Shown: positions 1-9,747 of the stretch, piece by piece
Position numbering within the stretch: position 1 is the stretch's first letter
How the letters are laid out: each line of letters opens with the position of its first letter
DNA from: Candidatus Nealsonbacteria bacterium
GTDB taxonomy: Bacteria; Patescibacteriota; Minisyncoccia; Minisyncoccales; JANBVM01
Assembly (NCBI GenBank): GCA_047456315.1
Contig: CP179889.1
Span: 56,966-120,965, forward strand
Length of the DNA: 64,000 bases
Direction: 5' to 3'
The notes under the pieces: generated by a model
Told to the model about the DNA's origin: nothing
The model's database searches: none
Seen by the model: only the letters and a program-made list of their open reading frames with translations
Made by a program: the position numbers and the translations under genes

Positions 1-1
1 A

Positions 2-1228
2 TTCATCATGTTCATAACTTGTAACTTTAACAACTGGTCCCTGTCCCGGAACAGCACGAGGAGAATTACCGTCTTCTGTAATTTTGTATCCCCTATGATC
101 ATCTGAAGGATTTTCAACAATAAACCTATCAGAACTAACAGAAGACTTCTTTAGTTTATTAAAAGTATAATCACTTTCTGCTAAATGCTTATCAGAAATT
201 AATATCACTAAACTTCGATACTTATTGGCCAAATAAAACGCTTCTTGGGTTCTTGTAATTGCTTCTTGAGGATCGCCAGGAGCAACAACAATTCTAGTAA
301 ACTCACCTTGACCAATATTAACTGCAAACTTTAAATCAGCCTGAGCAGTATAAGTTGGAACACCGCTAGCAGGACCAGTTCTCTGAGCCAAGTATACAAC
401 TAAAGGAATTTCACCCATTCCAGCCAAGCTCATTGCCTCACCCATCAGAGCAAACCCTCCCCCTGAAGTTCCAACCATTGTTTTAGCGCCAGCAAAAGAA
501 GCACCAAGAGCAACATTAATAACTGCAATCTCATTTTCAAGCTGCAGAACTAATAAATTATGGTCTTTTTCTTTTGCTGCTAAATAATGCAGGATTGGAG
601 TAGCTGGAGTCATTGGATAAGCAACATAAACATCTACTCCTGAAGCTATAGCTCCAATTGAAACAGCTTTGTTTCCAGAAATAAAATACTTCTGATCACC
701 TAATTTTTCAAACTTTTCCTCTTCTTTGCCTAAATCATAACCAATCTTTGCTGCTTTTTTTATTAAATCAATTTTGCTGCCACCAAATCTTTCCTCTAAT
801 TCTTTCATTAAAAAATCCTCGCTCATGTCAAAAAACTTAAACAGCCAGCCAATAAAAACATCATTTTCTATTACTGGTTTAGCGTCTAAATCTTTTAAAA
901 TGGGTTGGATGTCAATAGGATAAAACTTTTTCTCTGTTTTTAAATCCTTGTCACCAATAATAAAGCCTTTTTCTTTTAAACCTTTAACATGTTTATCAAT
1001 TGTAGTTTGATCAAGCGCAACTATTAAATCATATTTATCGCTGTGGGAATAAACAGGCTTATCAGAGATTTTAATTACATTAAAGTTATGACCTCCCCTT
1101 ATTAAAGAAGGATAATCCCTGTAATTAAAAACATAATAACCTGAAGAAGAAAAAACCTCTCCTATAAAGCATGAGGTTACATTGGTTCCCTGGCCTGCTT
1201 TCCCTCCAATTAAAATTGTTTTTTCCAT
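2..1228 (-). CDS. korA: 2-oxoacid:acceptor (ferredoxin) oxidoreductase alpha subunit, 3' end runs off the window
   Basis: Manual translation from ATG at 1228: MEKTILIGGKAGQG...YPSLIRGGHN...YPMTPATP...ENEIA...TSGGGFALMGE...QRTGPASGVPT; not in the ORF track because it is truncated. Confidence 0.9.
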   Translation of the reverse strand, partial: MEKTILIGGKAGQGTNVTSCFIGEVFSSSGYYVFNYRDYPSLIRGGHNFNVIKISDKPVYSHSDKYDLIVALDQTTIDKHVKGLKEKGFIIGDKDLKTEKKFYPIDIQPILKDLDAKPVIENDVFIGWLFKFFDMSEDFLMKELEERFGGSKIDLIKKAAKIGYDLGKEEEKFEKLGDQKYFISGNKAVSIGAIASGVDVYVAYPMTPATPILHYLAAKEKDHNLLVLQLENEIAVINVALGASFAGAKTMVGTSGGGFALMGEAMSLAGMGEIPLVVYLAQRTGPASGVPTYTAQADLKFAVNIGQGEFTRIVVAPGDPQEAITRTQEAFYLANKYRSLVILISDKHLAESDYTFNKLKKSSVSSDRFIVENPSDDHRGYKITEDGNSPRAVPGQGPVVKVTSYEHDE

Positions 1229-1247
1229 AAATTTTCTTTATTTTTAA

Positions 1248-3056
1248 TTACTCGACTGTTACGCTTTTCGCCAAATTGCGGGGCTTGTCTACATCTTTTC
1301 CAAGCGACACAGCCATATAATACGCAAAAAGATGAAGCGGGATAACTGATAACATAGGAGTTAACATTTCCAAGGTCTTTGGTATATATATTACATCATC
1401 AACTAGTTCTTTTATCCTTTCATTGCCTTCAGTAGCAATTGCAAGGACCAGTCCTTTTCTTGCTTTTACCTCTTCAACACCTAAAATCATTTTATCGTAT
1501 ACAGAATCAGAAGGACAAATCGCTATTGTTGGAAAATTCTCATCAACCAAAGCCAGGGGCCCATGTTTTAATTCACCGCTGGCTCCTCCTTCGGCATGAA
1601 GATAAGAAATCTCTTTTAGTTTTAGAGCTCCTTCTAAAGCAATAGGAAAATTATATTTTCTTCCAATAAACCAGAAGTTTTTAAAATCTTTGTATTTTTC
1701 GGCTATGGCTTTGATTTGTTCTTTATTTTCTAAAATCTGTTTAGCTAATTCTGGCAGCTTTTTCAATTCTGAGGTAATCCTCTGGCCAAAAACAAGCGAC
1801 ATATTGCGCTGCCTTCCTAAATAAACTGAAAGCATTGCCAAGGTTGCTAATTGACCTAAAAATACTTTAGTTGAGGCAACAGCTATTTCAGGACCTGAAC
1901 GAGTATAAACTCCAGCATCTGTTTCTCTGGCTTGGGTTGAACCAACAACGTTTGTAACGCCTATTGTTAAGATTCCTTTTTTCTTCATTTCTGTTAACGC
2001 TGCCAGAGTATCAGCAGTTTCTCCTGATTGGGAAACAAACACAGCAACAGTATTTTTATCAATAATTGGTTTTCTGTATCTAAATTCAGAACCAATCTCT
2101 GCTTCAGATAAAATGCCTGCGTATTCTTCCAGCATGTATTTGCCAATTCTAGAAGCATAACCAGCAGTGCCACATGCAACTAAAACAATCCTGTTAATCT
2201 TGTTTAACTTATCTCTTACGCTATCCAACCCGCCAAGCTTTACTGTCCCTTCATCAGGAATCAATCTGCCTCTAATCGCATTTTCAATTGTTTCTGGCTC
2301 TTCCATTATTTCTTTAAGCATGAAATGCTCATATCCTTTTTTTTGGGCATCTTCTGGAGTCCAGTCAATAGAAGTCATTGGTTTCTCTTTAAGAATGAAA
2401 AAATCTTCTGGTTTTAGAACAGCAACTTCATTATCATCTAGAGTAATAACTTGCCTGGTATGGGTTATTATTGCTGCTGGATCAGATGCAATCAAAAGTT
2501 CATCCTTACCAATGCCTAAAATCATTGGTGAAGATAAACGAGCTGCAACAATCTTTTGAGGCTCTTTTTTAGACATTAAAGCAATGCCATATGTTCCTCT
2601 AACATCTTTTAGTATTTTTCTAAGCGCTTCTTCTAAACTGCCATTATAATTATCCTCAACTAAATGGCACAATACTTCAGTGTCTGTTTTACTGGTAAAT
2701 TTATGGCCTTTTGAAATTAATTTTTCCTTAAGCTCCTTATAGTTTTCAATAATTCCATTATGAACCAGGAAAATATTTCTATTACAGTCAAAATGAGGAT
2801 GAGCATTTTCATCTGTCACACCTCCTGTAGTCGCCCAACGAACGTGACCAAGCCCAGTAACCCCCTCAACAGTTAAATTAGAAAGATTTTCTGATCTTGA
2901 AATCTTGCCCACCTTCTTATAAACAAAAGGTTCTTTGTCTTTATTAAAAACACAAAAACCGTAGCTGTCATAGCCGCGGTATTCCATTCGCTTAAGCCCG
3001 GATAATAAAATCGGGAAGGCGGGTTTTTTACCTAAATAACCTATAATGCCGCACAT
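1248..3056 (-). CDS. glmS: glutamine--fructose-6-phosphate transaminase (isomerizing)
   Basis: N-terminal MCGIIG, EYRGYDS, SQSGETADT, C-terminal PRNLAKSVTVE. Confidence 0.97.
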   Translation of the reverse strand: MCGIIGYLGKKPAFPILLSGLKRMEYRGYDSYGFCVFNKDKEPFVYKKVGKISRSENLSNLTVEGVTGLGHVRWATTGGVTDENAHPHFDCNRNIFLVHNGIIENYKELKEKLISKGHKFTSKTDTEVLCHLVEDNYNGSLEEALRKILKDVRGTYGIALMSKKEPQKIVAARLSSPMILGIGKDELLIASDPAAIITHTRQVITLDDNEVAVLKPEDFFILKEKPMTSIDWTPEDAQKKGYEHFMLKEIMEEPETIENAIRGRLIPDEGTVKLGGLDSVRDKLNKINRIVLVACGTAGYASRIGKYMLEEYAGILSEAEIGSEFRYRKPIIDKNTVAVFVSQSGETADTLAALTEMKKKGILTIGVTNVVGSTQARETDAGVYTRSGPEIAVASTKVFLGQLATLAMLSVYLGRQRNMSLVFGQRITSELKKLPELAKQILENKEQIKAIAEKYKDFKNFWFIGRKYNFPIALEGALKLKEISYLHAEGGASGELKHGPLALVDENFPTIAICPSDSVYDKMILGVEEVKARKGLVLAIATEGNERIKELVDDVIYIPKTLEMLTPMLSVIPLHLFAYYMAVSLGKDVDKPRNLAKSVTVE

Positions 3057-3059
3057 TGT

Positions 3060-5456
3060 TTAAATTACAATGTTTATTAATTTTCCTGGAACAAAAATTA
3101 TCTTTTTAATGCTTTTACTTAATATTCTTTTTTTAACTTTTTCACGATTTAGTGTCAAATCGCGCGCTTCATCCTCAGAAATATCAGCCTCTACCTCAAT
3201 TTTATCCCGAACCCTGCCATTAATCTGAATTATTAAGGTAATTGTTTTTTCTTCTGCTAACTTTTTGTCATATTTTGGCCAGGATTGATCATGAACTGAA
3301 TCTTTGTTGCCAATTTTTCTCCAAAGCTCTTCAGCAATATGGGGTGCAAATGGAGCCAGTAGCAACAGCATCCTTTCAATCACATCCTTTCCAACGCTGT
3401 CCTTGTTTTTAAAACTAAAATTAATAAATTCCATAAAAGCAGCCACTGCTGTATTAAACTTCATTTTTTCCATGTCAGTTTCTACTTTCCTATTAAGTTT
3501 GTGAATTTCTTTTATTGCACTATCAGAATTTTTTTTATTCTCGAAACAATCTAAAGTTAATTGCCAGACTCTGTTTAGAAATCTGTTAACACCTTTTACT
3601 CCTTTACTGTTCCAAGAAATTGCCTGCTCAAAAGGACCCATAAACATTTCATAAACTCTTAAAGTATCAGCTCCATGTTCTTTAACAATATTATCAGGGT
3701 TAATAACATTACCAAATGATTTTGACATTTTCCTGTTATCTTCAGCTAAAACAATTCCATGGGAAGTTCTTTTCACATATGGTTCTGGATGGGAAACAAC
3801 TTTAATATCATAAAGAAACTTGTATATAAACCTAGAGTATAAAAGATGTAAAGTAGTATGCTCCATCCCGCCATTATACCAGTCAACTGGCATCCAATAA
3901 TTTAATTTTTTCTTGTCAGCTATTTGTTTGTCATTTTTAGAATCAACATATCTTAAAAAATACCAGTTAGAACCAGCCCAGTTAGGCATTGTGTCAGTTT
4001 CTCTTTTTGCGCTGCTCTTGCACTTAGGACATTTAACGTTAACCCAATCACTTATTCCAGCTAAAGGAGACTCTCCAGTATCAGTTGGTTCATATTTTTT
4101 CACATAAGGAAGCTCAACTGGTAAATCTTTTTCAGAAACAGGAACAATCCCGCATCTTTCACAGTGAATAATGGGAATGGGCTCTCCCCAATAATGCTGA
4201 CGGGAAAATATCCAGTCTCTTAATTTATAGCGAATTTGTTTTTTTCCTAATTTTTTATTCTCAAACCATTTAGTTATTTTTTTAATTGCCTCTCCTGACT
4301 TCAAACCATTGAATTCTCCTGAATTAACTAAAGTTCCATATTCAACAAAAGCTTGTTTTGAAACATCTCCTCCTTTTATTACTTCTCTTATTTCTAGATT
4401 ATACTTCTTAGCAAAATCATAATCACGTTTATCATGAGCAGGAACAATCATTACAGCCCCTCCTCCATAAGTTGCAACTACATAGTCGCCAATCCAGACA
4501 GGAATCTTTTCATTATTTATTGGATTAATACAATATGAACCAGTGAATATTCCTGTTTTTTCCTTTTCGAGTTTTGTTCTTTCAAACTCTGTTTTATTCT
4601 TTGATTGTTTAATGTATTTCTCAACCGCGCTTTTATTTTCATCAGTTATTAGTTTTTCAACTAATTTATACTCAGGAGCTAAAACAACAGCTGTTACCCC
4701 AAAAATAGTATCAGCCCTGGTAGTAAAAACAGAGATAACATCGCTGGAGTTTTCAATTTTAAAATCAATGTCCACTCCATAACTTCTACCAATCCATTCA
4801 AGCTGTTGAGCTTTAATTCTTTCTAAATAATCAACTTTCTCTAAATCTTCAATTAACCTATCAGCATATTTTGTGATTTTAAGCATCCATTGTTTTAGTT
4901 TTTTTTGTGAAACTTTTGCCTTGCATCTTTCACATTTTCCATCAATAACCTCTTCATTTGCCAGGCCAATTTTACATGATGGACACCAGTTAATAGGCAT
5001 TTCATCCTGATAAGCAAGATCGTTCTCAAAAAGCTTTAAAAATATCCATTGAGTCCATTTATAATATTTAGGATCAGTTGTATTAACTTCTCTTGACCAA
5101 TCAAAAGAAAGACCTAAACTTTTAAGCTGTCTTGTATAGTTAGCAATATTCTTTTTAGTTACTTCAATTGGATGGATACCAGTCTTAATTGCATAGTTCT
5201 CAGTCGGCAGACCAAAAGCATCCCAGCCAATTGGAAACATTACATTGAATCCCTGCATTCTGTATTTTCTTGCTATTGCATCAAATGCTGAATAAGACCT
5301 ACAATGGCCAACATGAAGACCAACTCCAGATGGATATGGAAATTCAATTAAAACGTATTTTTTAGGCTTTTTTGAAAAATCCTGAGCTTTATAAAAATCA
5401 TGCTTCTCCCAGTATTTTTGCCATTTAGATTCTATCTCTTGAGATTTGTATTGCAT
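3060..5456 (-). CDS. leuS: leucine--tRNA ligase
   Basis: FPYPSGVGLHVGH, GWDAFGLPTEN, RDWIFSRQHYWGEPIP, KMSKS. Confidence 0.97.
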   Translation of the reverse strand: MQYKSQEIESKWQKYWEKHDFYKAQDFSKKPKKYVLIEFPYPSGVGLHVGHCRSYSAFDAIARKYRMQGFNVMFPIGWDAFGLPTENYAIKTGIHPIEVTKKNIANYTRQLKSLGLSFDWSREVNTTDPKYYKWTQWIFLKLFENDLAYQDEMPINWCPSCKIGLANEEVIDGKCERCKAKVSQKKLKQWMLKITKYADRLIEDLEKVDYLERIKAQQLEWIGRSYGVDIDFKIENSSDVISVFTTRADTIFGVTAVVLAPEYKLVEKLITDENKSAVEKYIKQSKNKTEFERTKLEKEKTGIFTGSYCINPINNEKIPVWIGDYVVATYGGGAVMIVPAHDKRDYDFAKKYNLEIREVIKGGDVSKQAFVEYGTLVNSGEFNGLKSGEAIKKITKWFENKKLGKKQIRYKLRDWIFSRQHYWGEPIPIIHCERCGIVPVSEKDLPVELPYVKKYEPTDTGESPLAGISDWVNVKCPKCKSSAKRETDTMPNWAGSNWYFLRYVDSKNDKQIADKKKLNYWMPVDWYNGGMEHTTLHLLYSRFIYKFLYDIKVVSHPEPYVKRTSHGIVLAEDNRKMSKSFGNVINPDNIVKEHGADTLRVYEMFMGPFEQAISWNSKGVKGVNRFLNRVWQLTLDCFENKKNSDSAIKEIHKLNRKVETDMEKMKFNTAVAAFMEFINFSFKNKDSVGKDVIERMLLLLAPFAPHIAEELWRKIGNKDSVHDQSWPKYDKKLAEEKTITLIIQINGRVRDKIEVEADISEDEARDLTLNREKVKKRILSKSIKKIIFVPGKLINIVI

Positions 5457-5520
5457 ATAATTTTATGTTAGGCGATTAATCTTTATTTGTAAAATAATAA
5501 TGTATAATCAAAAATAAGAT

Positions 5521-6618
5521 ATGAAAACTGCTCTAATTTACAGTCCGGAATTAAAAAACTATAGTTTTGGCAAAAAACATCCTTTTACAAGTGATAGGTT
5601 TGAGAATTTTTTAGCTTTTTTAAAACAAAAACTGCCTGATTTGAATAATTTCTTTGAATTGATTGTTCCTAAACCAGCAAAAGATAAAGATTTAGAATTG
5701 TTTCACAGTAAAGAATATATTGAAGCAATGAAAAAAGCTTCAAAAGGAATTATTCTACCAAACATTTTTCAATACACAACCACAGATAACCTTGATCCAT
5801 CAACAGGATATCTACCAAAAGGAATTCATGAAGCTGGAAAGATTGTAGTTGGAACATCTTTAAAAGCTGCTGAATTAGTTTTTGAAGGAAAATTCAAAAA
5901 AGCAATTGCCTTAGGTGGAGGACTTCACCATGCTAAAAAAGAAAAAGGAGAGGGTTTCTGTATTTACAATGATGTTGTGATAAGCGCTAAAAAACTGCTT
6001 AAAATGGGAGCTAAAAGAGTTTTAGTTTTAGACACTGATGCTCATGCTGGAAATGGAACAGCTGAAGCTTTTTATCATGAAAATCAGGTCTTATTTATTG
6101 ATATCCATCAAGACCCAAGAACAATTTATCCGGGAACAGGATTTATCAATGAAATTGGAGAAGGAAAAGGAAAGGGTTTTACAGTCAATATTGCTCTTTC
6201 TCAAGGGGCTAGCGACAAATCTTACCAATATGTATTTGAAGAAATTATTTTCCCAATAACTAAAGAGTTTAAACCAGAAATAATTATTAGGAATGGAGGT
6301 TCTGATCCCTATTTTGGAGACGGATTAACAAATTTAGGTCTCACTTTAGATGGTTTCAGAATAATCGGGGAAAAAGTAAGAGAATTGGCTAATGAGGTTT
6401 GTAATAGTAAAGAAGTTGATTTGATTGCCTCAGGATACAATCAGAAAATCTTACCAGGTGCATGGCTGTCACTTGTCAGTGGGCTTTGTGATTTAGATAT
6501 AGAAATAAAAGAAGATAAAAAAGGATTTGTAAAAAAAGATTTTGGGTTGAAGGAAACAAAAAACATGATTGAAGGCCTCAAATTATATTTAAAAAGCTAT
6601 TGGAGATGCTTAAGCTAG
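5521..6618 (+). CDS. histone deacetylase / AcuC family Zn-dependent deacetylase
   Basis: HPF, GGLHHA, GFCIYND, DTDAHAGNGT, YPGTG, GGSD, SGY motifs. Confidence 0.9.
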   Translation: MKTALIYSPELKNYSFGKKHPFTSDRFENFLAFLKQKLPDLNNFFELIVPKPAKDKDLELFHSKEYIEAMKKASKGIILPNIFQYTTTDNLDPSTGYLPKGIHEAGKIVVGTSLKAAELVFEGKFKKAIALGGGLHHAKKEKGEGFCIYNDVVISAKKLLKMGAKRVLVLDTDAHAGNGTAEAFYHENQVLFIDIHQDPRTIYPGTGFINEIGEGKGKGFTVNIALSQGASDKSYQYVFEEIIFPITKEFKPEIIIRNGGSDPYFGDGLTNLGLTLDGFRIIGEKVRELANEVCNSKEVDLIASGYNQKILPGAWLSLVSGLCDLDIEIKEDKKGFVKKDFGLKETKNMIEGLKLYLKSYWRCLS

Positions 6619-7449
6619 CTATATATTAAAAAACTCTCTTGCGTTTTTTGTCGTTGCTTTTACTATTTTTTCAAAGCTTAACCTTTTGATTTTAGCAATC
6701 TCTTGAGCAATATATTTTACAAAAATAGGTTTATTGCGTTTTGTTTTTGTTTGAGGGGGAACTAAATAAGGGCAATCTGTCTCAATTAAAATTTTATCCA
6801 AAGGAGTTACTTCAATAACTTTTTTAAAATCAATATTTTCAATATTTTTAAAAATTATTCCATTAAAACCAATATAGTATCCAAATTCTAAATGCTTTCT
6901 AATATCTTCCTCTGTTCCAACAAAACTATGAGCAACTGCTTTTTTAGGCCTTAAATCAGGGTTCTCGGATAAAATTCTGAACAAATTATGATTAGCCATA
7001 CGACAGTGAAAAATCACTGGTAAATTCAGTTCTTTTGCTAATTCCAATTGTTTTAGTAATAAGTTTTCTTGCTTCTGTTTAAATAATTCCTTTTTGGTTT
7101 TTGGTCTCCAGTAATAATCCAGACCAATCTCGCCAATTGCTACTACTTTTTCGTTTTGAGCCAGTTCTTTGTACTTTTCATAATCAAATTCTTTTTCAAA
7201 ATAATCATCTCCAAATTCATCACTTCTTATTTTTACTAATCCAGTATCCAGAGCCATTGGGTGAAGTCCAACACTAGCATAAATTCCTTTTTCATAATTT
7301 TGAGCAAGCCTGACAACTTCTTCTGATGTTTTTAAATTTGTTCCAACATTAACAACCCAGACATTATTGTCCAGGCATTTTTTAATAACTTTCTCTCTGT
7401 CTTTATTAAAAGCAGGAAAATTTAAATGAGCATGAGTATCAATTAACAT
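6619..7449 (-). CDS. tatD: TatD family deoxyribonuclease
   Basis: MLIDTHAHL start (ATG 7449 preferred over track start), GLHP, AIGEIGLDY, ETDCPY. Confidence 0.93.
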   Translation of the reverse strand: MLIDTHAHLNFPAFNKDREKVIKKCLDNNVWVVNVGTNLKTSEEVVRLAQNYEKGIYASVGLHPMALDTGLVKIRSDEFGDDYFEKEFDYEKYKELAQNEKVVAIGEIGLDYYWRPKTKKELFKQKQENLLLKQLELAKELNLPVIFHCRMANHNLFRILSENPDLRPKKAVAHSFVGTEEDIRKHLEFGYYIGFNGIIFKNIENIDFKKVIEVTPLDKILIETDCPYLVPPQTKTKRNKPIFVKYIAQEIAKIKRLSFEKIVKATTKNAREFFNI

Positions 7450-7535
7450 GATTCTTATTTTATCCGAAGCACAACATCTTGGCAAAGGATTTATCTTATA
7501 ATAATATAACTGATGAGATATGTTTATCTAGTATT

Positions 7536-7673
7536 ATGAATAAAAAAATAAAAAACGAGTTTATTTTCTATATTATTATTGTACTGTTTGTTATTTTAGG
7601 AATTCGATTATTTCCTGGAATTTGGTATGATCTCAAGCTCTATTTGTCTTTTCTTAAACAAATAATTCAATAA
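7536..7673 (+). CDS. small membrane protein (45 aa)
   Basis: MNKKIKNEFIFYIIIVLFVILGIRLF: basic N-terminus plus TM helix, 11 bp before the next gene. Confidence 0.5.
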   Translation: MNKKIKNEFIFYIIIVLFVILGIRLFPGIWYDLKLYLSFLKQIIQ

Positions 7674-7684
7674 ACGAAAAAGTT

Positions 7685-8404
7685 GTGAAAAGAAGTTATC
7701 TAAAATTTATTCTCATTTCAATTGTTGTTTTTTTAATTGCTGGATTTTATTTTAAAGAAAGATTTTCTGACAGAATTCCTAAAGAGAATTATCAATATCA
7801 AGAAGTTAAGGAAAATGGAACAGGAATAATTAAAAAAGAAACTACTAAAATAGAGGAAAATTCAACAACAACAGAACCCAAGGAAGATTTAACTCCAAGA
7901 CAAGTAGTTGAAAGATTTATTGAGGCAGATACGCTTGGAACAAGACTAGGAGGAGAAATTGCCAAAGAAGCACCTAATATTGAGAATTATCGTTCTTCTA
8001 AATTCATGGATCCTGGATGGGATATAATAATGGTCATTAAAAATTATGAAATCGTTGATGAATATCTATCTAAAGAAGGAAATTCTTATTTTGTAAAGGT
8101 AAAATACTTTTGCAAAGAAGGAATTGCTTCTGGTTTCAGTGGAGCAAAAGATGAAAAAGTGATTATGACAACACCTAGTGATGTTCCTGGAGGAGAAGGA
8201 ATAATTGTAAGTTTTAACTGTGACAGCTTCTTCTCTCCATTAGCTGACCCTTCTATTATAAAGTATGATTTTGGATTCCAAACCGAAACTATAACTTTTG
8301 GATTGATAAAAGAGGAAGGAAGGTGGAAGATAGATTCACCTCTTAGTTGTCCTCGCATCTCAGAAGAAACTCTCAAAAAACATTTAGAGGATTTAAGTAA
8401 ATAA
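7685..8404 (+). CDS. membrane-anchored extracellular hypothetical protein (possible NTF2-like C-terminus)
   Basis: N-terminal TM, low-complexity linker, TPRQVVERF...LIKEEGRWKID; GTG start. Confidence 0.7.
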   Translation: MKRSYLKFILISIVVFLIAGFYFKERFSDRIPKENYQYQEVKENGTGIIKKETTKIEENSTTTEPKEDLTPRQVVERFIEADTLGTRLGGEIAKEAPNIENYRSSKFMDPGWDIIMVIKNYEIVDEYLSKEGNSYFVKVKYFCKEGIASGFSGAKDEKVIMTTPSDVPGGEGIIVSFNCDSFFSPLADPSIIKYDFGFQTETITFGLIKEEGRWKIDSPLSCPRISEETLKKHLEDLSK

Positions 8405-8431
8405 AAAGGGGCAGTAAAAAAAATTGCCCCT
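8403..8431 (+). terminator. hairpin AGGGGCA-GTAAAAAAAAT-TGCCCCT
   Basis: Inverted repeat right after the 7685..8404 stop; no immediate U-tract on +. Confidence 0.45.
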
Positions 8432-9051
8432 GGATTGGAGGTTCTGTTTTTTTTAAAAAAAATCAAAAAACACCTAATGAGTTTAAAGATTATATTCAGA
8501 CAATAGAGGTTTGGAATATTTATAAAAACGAGAAATTTGGGTATATAATTCAATATCCACAAGATTGGACAATTATTAAAACCCAAGAAAATCATGGAAT
8601 AGTGCTTTCTAATGTAACATTTCAATCAAATAATTACGAAGAAAAAACAAACCCACAACCACAAACAGTAGAAGGTTTATGGCGAACACAGTTACTAACC
8701 AAAGGAACAACATTAATTTTTAATATCGTTAGAATTCCTCCTGATCCTAATTGGTGTATTGGTTTGTTTGAAGACAATCCACAAGAATGCACTTGGCATT
8801 ATTGGGCTAAAAGAGGAACTGATTGGCCATACGGCAAGATACTCAATCAAGAATTTATCACATTGAATGGAAGAGAGGTGTACAAGAAAGAGATAGAATA
8901 TCAAAATATAACCTCGATAGTAATTAGTTTCTCTGATCTAGAAGAAAAAACATTATTTGAGTTTATAATAGATACTCTTACAAAAGATAAAGAAAGAAAT
9001 TTAGAGCTCTTAGAACAAATAATTTCTAATTCTAAATTTTTAAAATCTTAG
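8430..9051 (+). pseudogene. 5'-truncated gene for a PsbP-like extracellular protein
   Basis: Frame open from 8401 with no ATG: WIGGSVFFKKNQK...WNIYKNEKFGYIIQYPQDW, continuing into track ORF 8602..9051; start and signal anchor missing. Confidence 0.5.
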
Positions 9052-9066
9052 TCTAGTTAAAGAAAG

Positions 9067-9092
9067 AAAGGAGTAAAAAAAACTCCTTTTAT
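9067..9092. terminator. bidirectional hairpin AAAGGAG-TAAAAAAAA-CTCCTTTT
   Basis: Inverted repeat with flanking A/T tracts at the island end. Confidence 0.6.
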
Positions 9093-9107
9093 TTTAAAGC
9101 CTGGTTG

Positions 9108-9211
9108 TCTCTGTCTTTATTAAACGCAGAAAAATTTAGATGGGCATGAGTATTAATTCATTCGGCTTTGTTCAGGGTTGATGTTGGGTTTATCGAATCA
9201 TTAATTAGCAT
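9108..9211 (-). pseudogene. tatD: relic 5' end of tatD interrupted by a 42-bp palindrome-ended insertion
   Basis: ATG CTA ATT AAT [insert] ATT AAT ACT CAT GCC CAT CTA AAT TTT TCT GCG TTT AAT AAA GAC AGA = MLIN..INTHAHLNFSAFNKDR versus intact MLIDTHAHLNFPAFNKDR. Confidence 0.85.
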
Positions 9212-9242
9212 AATGTTTCATTTTATACTCTTTTTTGAATAA

Positions 9243-9275
9243 AAAAATATCCGCTAAAAGGCGGATTTTCATTTT
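9243..9275 (-). terminator. intrinsic terminator ATCCGC/GCGGAT with T tract
   Basis: AAAAAATATCCGCTAAAAGGCGGATTTT just downstream of 9286..9663. Confidence 0.65.
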
Positions 9276-9285
9276 TAAAAAATAA

Positions 9286-9663
9286 TTATTCTGCTTTGGC
9301 AAAGTTCACTCTGGGAACCTCAAAAAAATCAAGTTGATAGGACGAGCAAAAGCTCGTGATTATTTTAAGGTCAGCCGCGGTGGGATTGCGTAGAATAAAT
9401 TCATTTAGATTTGTTGTTGGGGATTTTTGGAAAAAAATAATAGAATTATCTCTTCCCCATAAAACCCAGTGTCTCCAATGTTTTATATTTTGAATCTCTT
9501 CTTCTACATTCTCTCCTGTCTTTGTTCTCTTCTCCAAGTCCCACTTTTTCTTTTCGGCCTTAAGATAGTCAGAGTAATACATTTTTTTGAAAACTTCTAA
9601 CAATCTTGTGGCCTCCCCTGAACTATACTCAAAAGGTTCCAGTCTTATTTCTTTCTTACTCAA
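9286..9663 (-). CDS. hypothetical protein
   Basis: 125-aa ORF, TTG start, preceded by AAAGAGTGA and a TTGACA-N16-TAGTTT promoter, followed by a terminator. Confidence 0.6.
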   Translation of the reverse strand: MSKKEIRLEPFEYSSGEATRLLEVFKKMYYSDYLKAEKKKWDLEKRTKTGENVEEEIQNIKHWRHWVLWGRDNSIIFFQKSPTTNLNEFILRNPTAADLKIITSFCSSYQLDFFEVPRVNFAKAE

Positions 9664-9747
9664 TATAAATCACTCTTTTATTATTTAATTTTTAATTATA
9701 TCCAATTTACTAAACTCAAACTACCATATTCTTTAAAAATGTCAATC

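Noticed and set aside
3057-3060. glmS ribozyme or T-box leaders before glmS and the aaRS genes
   Set aside because: glmS starts 3 bp after the leuS stop, and the aaRS genes have very short upstream regions with no T-box motif.
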